A stretch of DNA of 63,992 bases, counting the filler, from Octopus bimaculoides (Eukaryota), in the NCBI RefSeq assembly GCF_001194135.2. It is 6 parts of 5 records of this genome, joined end to end, with 100 filler letters (N's around TTAATTAATTAA, not from the genome) between each part and the next. Parts side by side here need not be neighbours in the genome. Positions count along the whole stretch, not along the records: positions 62,670 to 63,992 come from NW_026407668.1; 5 more parts are not named here. One strand, written 5' to 3'. The notes under the pieces were generated by a model. The model was given only the letters and a program-made list of their open reading frames with translations, was not told the origin of the DNA and searched no databases. How positions within the stretch are numbered: position 1 is the first letter of the stretch; every line of letters begins with the position of its first letter. This document shows positions 62,670 through 63,992 of the stretch, piece after piece. The position numbers and the translations under genes were made by a program.

Positions 62670-63060
62670 AGGCATGGGAAGGCGGAGGTTGGATGGAGGA
62701 ATGGATAGATGGACGGACGGATGGATGGATGGACGAATGAATGAATGGATGGATGGTGGGATGGATGGGTGACTGGCTGGCTAGCTGGCTAGCTGGCTGG
62801 ATGGGCCGATGAATGAATGGATGGATGGTTGGATGGGTAGACAGAGAGAGGGATAGATTCCTACAAGGATGGTTACAATGATGGAAGGGTGGGTGGAGGA
62901 AGGGACAGAGATGGATAGGTGCATGGATGCATGGGTGGAGGTATCGATGACTGGATGCTCAGTTTGGATGGGTGGAGGAATGGATCATTGGATGGAGGGA
63001 GGGATGGATCATTAGAGGGAAGAACTGATGGCTGGTTGATATATAGATAGATATATAAAT
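62670..63060. repeat. Degenerate (GGAT)n satellite
   Basis: Directly visible ggat/gaat/gact units. Confidence 0.85.
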
Positions 63061-63992
63061 AGATCAATGGTTCGAAGAAACGATTGTTGAGTGAACGGGT
63101 GGATTTTTAACAGGATAGGTGAAAGGATAAATAACTGAATGAATGGATGAGAGTTGAGAGAGAAAATAGAAAGATAAGTACAACGGTGTATATACAGTGT
63201 GTGCATGTGTGTAGTGTGTATATGTGTCTGTCATTTAGATTTAAATTGCATGACGTCTAACGAATATTTACAAATCTTTGAATGGCAAAATACTGGAAAG
63301 AGAACATTTACATTATAGTTTGAGCTTATCTTCACTGACTACACGGTACACACAGAGAAAAGAATACTGAAGTGTTTGCTCAAAAGTAATTAGGTTACGT
63401 CATCTTACAGGTATTTCATTAACAATGTTTCATTATTTGTTATATACGCAAAACCTTAGGAGCAGATTACATTATCAAATCCTCAGAGACAGCGTAACAA
63501 ATGTAGACAAACTTTAAGATTTATAATGAAGATCGGAAAATGCTATGGTTCCAATGATTTCTTGATGCCATAAGATTGTCCCTTTTCCATATACATCTCC
63601 TTATTAAACTGTTTGTTATATAACAGATTTCCATGAAATACGTGATAAGTGACGGTGTTTCTGACATTAATACAGCAGTAAGATAACGCGATTTTTGCCG
63701 TCAAGAACTGAAATTAAGAAAGGTAGTCGTAAAAGAATTTATCACTTATAAACGAACTTCTGAAGGAAACTAGAAAACGGTGGAAAGAACCGAAAAATTG
63801 GTATTTATAAATAGGTTACGATACATACACGAGGGCCCTTTGGGCGTACTCACATACATTTATGCATATACGTCCATACTATTATAATACATACATAATC
63901 ATTGTGCAAATATTAATATGAATATATATATCTATACATGTACACACCCACATATATATTTATACGTACATACATACATACACACACATACA

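Overview
AT-rich, microsatellite-dense animal genomic DNA from a gapped draft assembly (many N runs). The SINE families, the microsatellite load and the receptor type suggest a coleoid cephalopod such as Octopus (inference). Host coding content is sparse and all on the minus strand: a single-exon rhodopsin-class GPCR (61195-62319), an isolated 81-bp exon matching exon 2 of the peroxin PEX10 (38758-38838), and a candidate 101-bp zinc-finger-like exon (56913-57013). The rest is mostly mobile DNA: a 7.1-kb nested Helitron with intact 5'-TC and hairpin-CTAG-3' ends (40526-47639), RTE and CR1/L2-group LINE fragments, a Penelope-like GIY-YIG element with a ~420-bp inverted repeat, hAT-type MITEs with 8-bp target duplications, and over 25 copies of at least three tRNA-derived SINE families (A, B, C are my working labels). 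The most interesting observation is a modular LINE-SINE system. One SINE head occurs with two different 3' tails, a CR1-type and an RTE-type, and the 3' ends of both candidate partner LINEs are in this window. The CR1-type tail carries a stem-loop with compensatory changes. All alignments and translations were done by eye, so repeat boundaries are approximate and family names need database confirmation.
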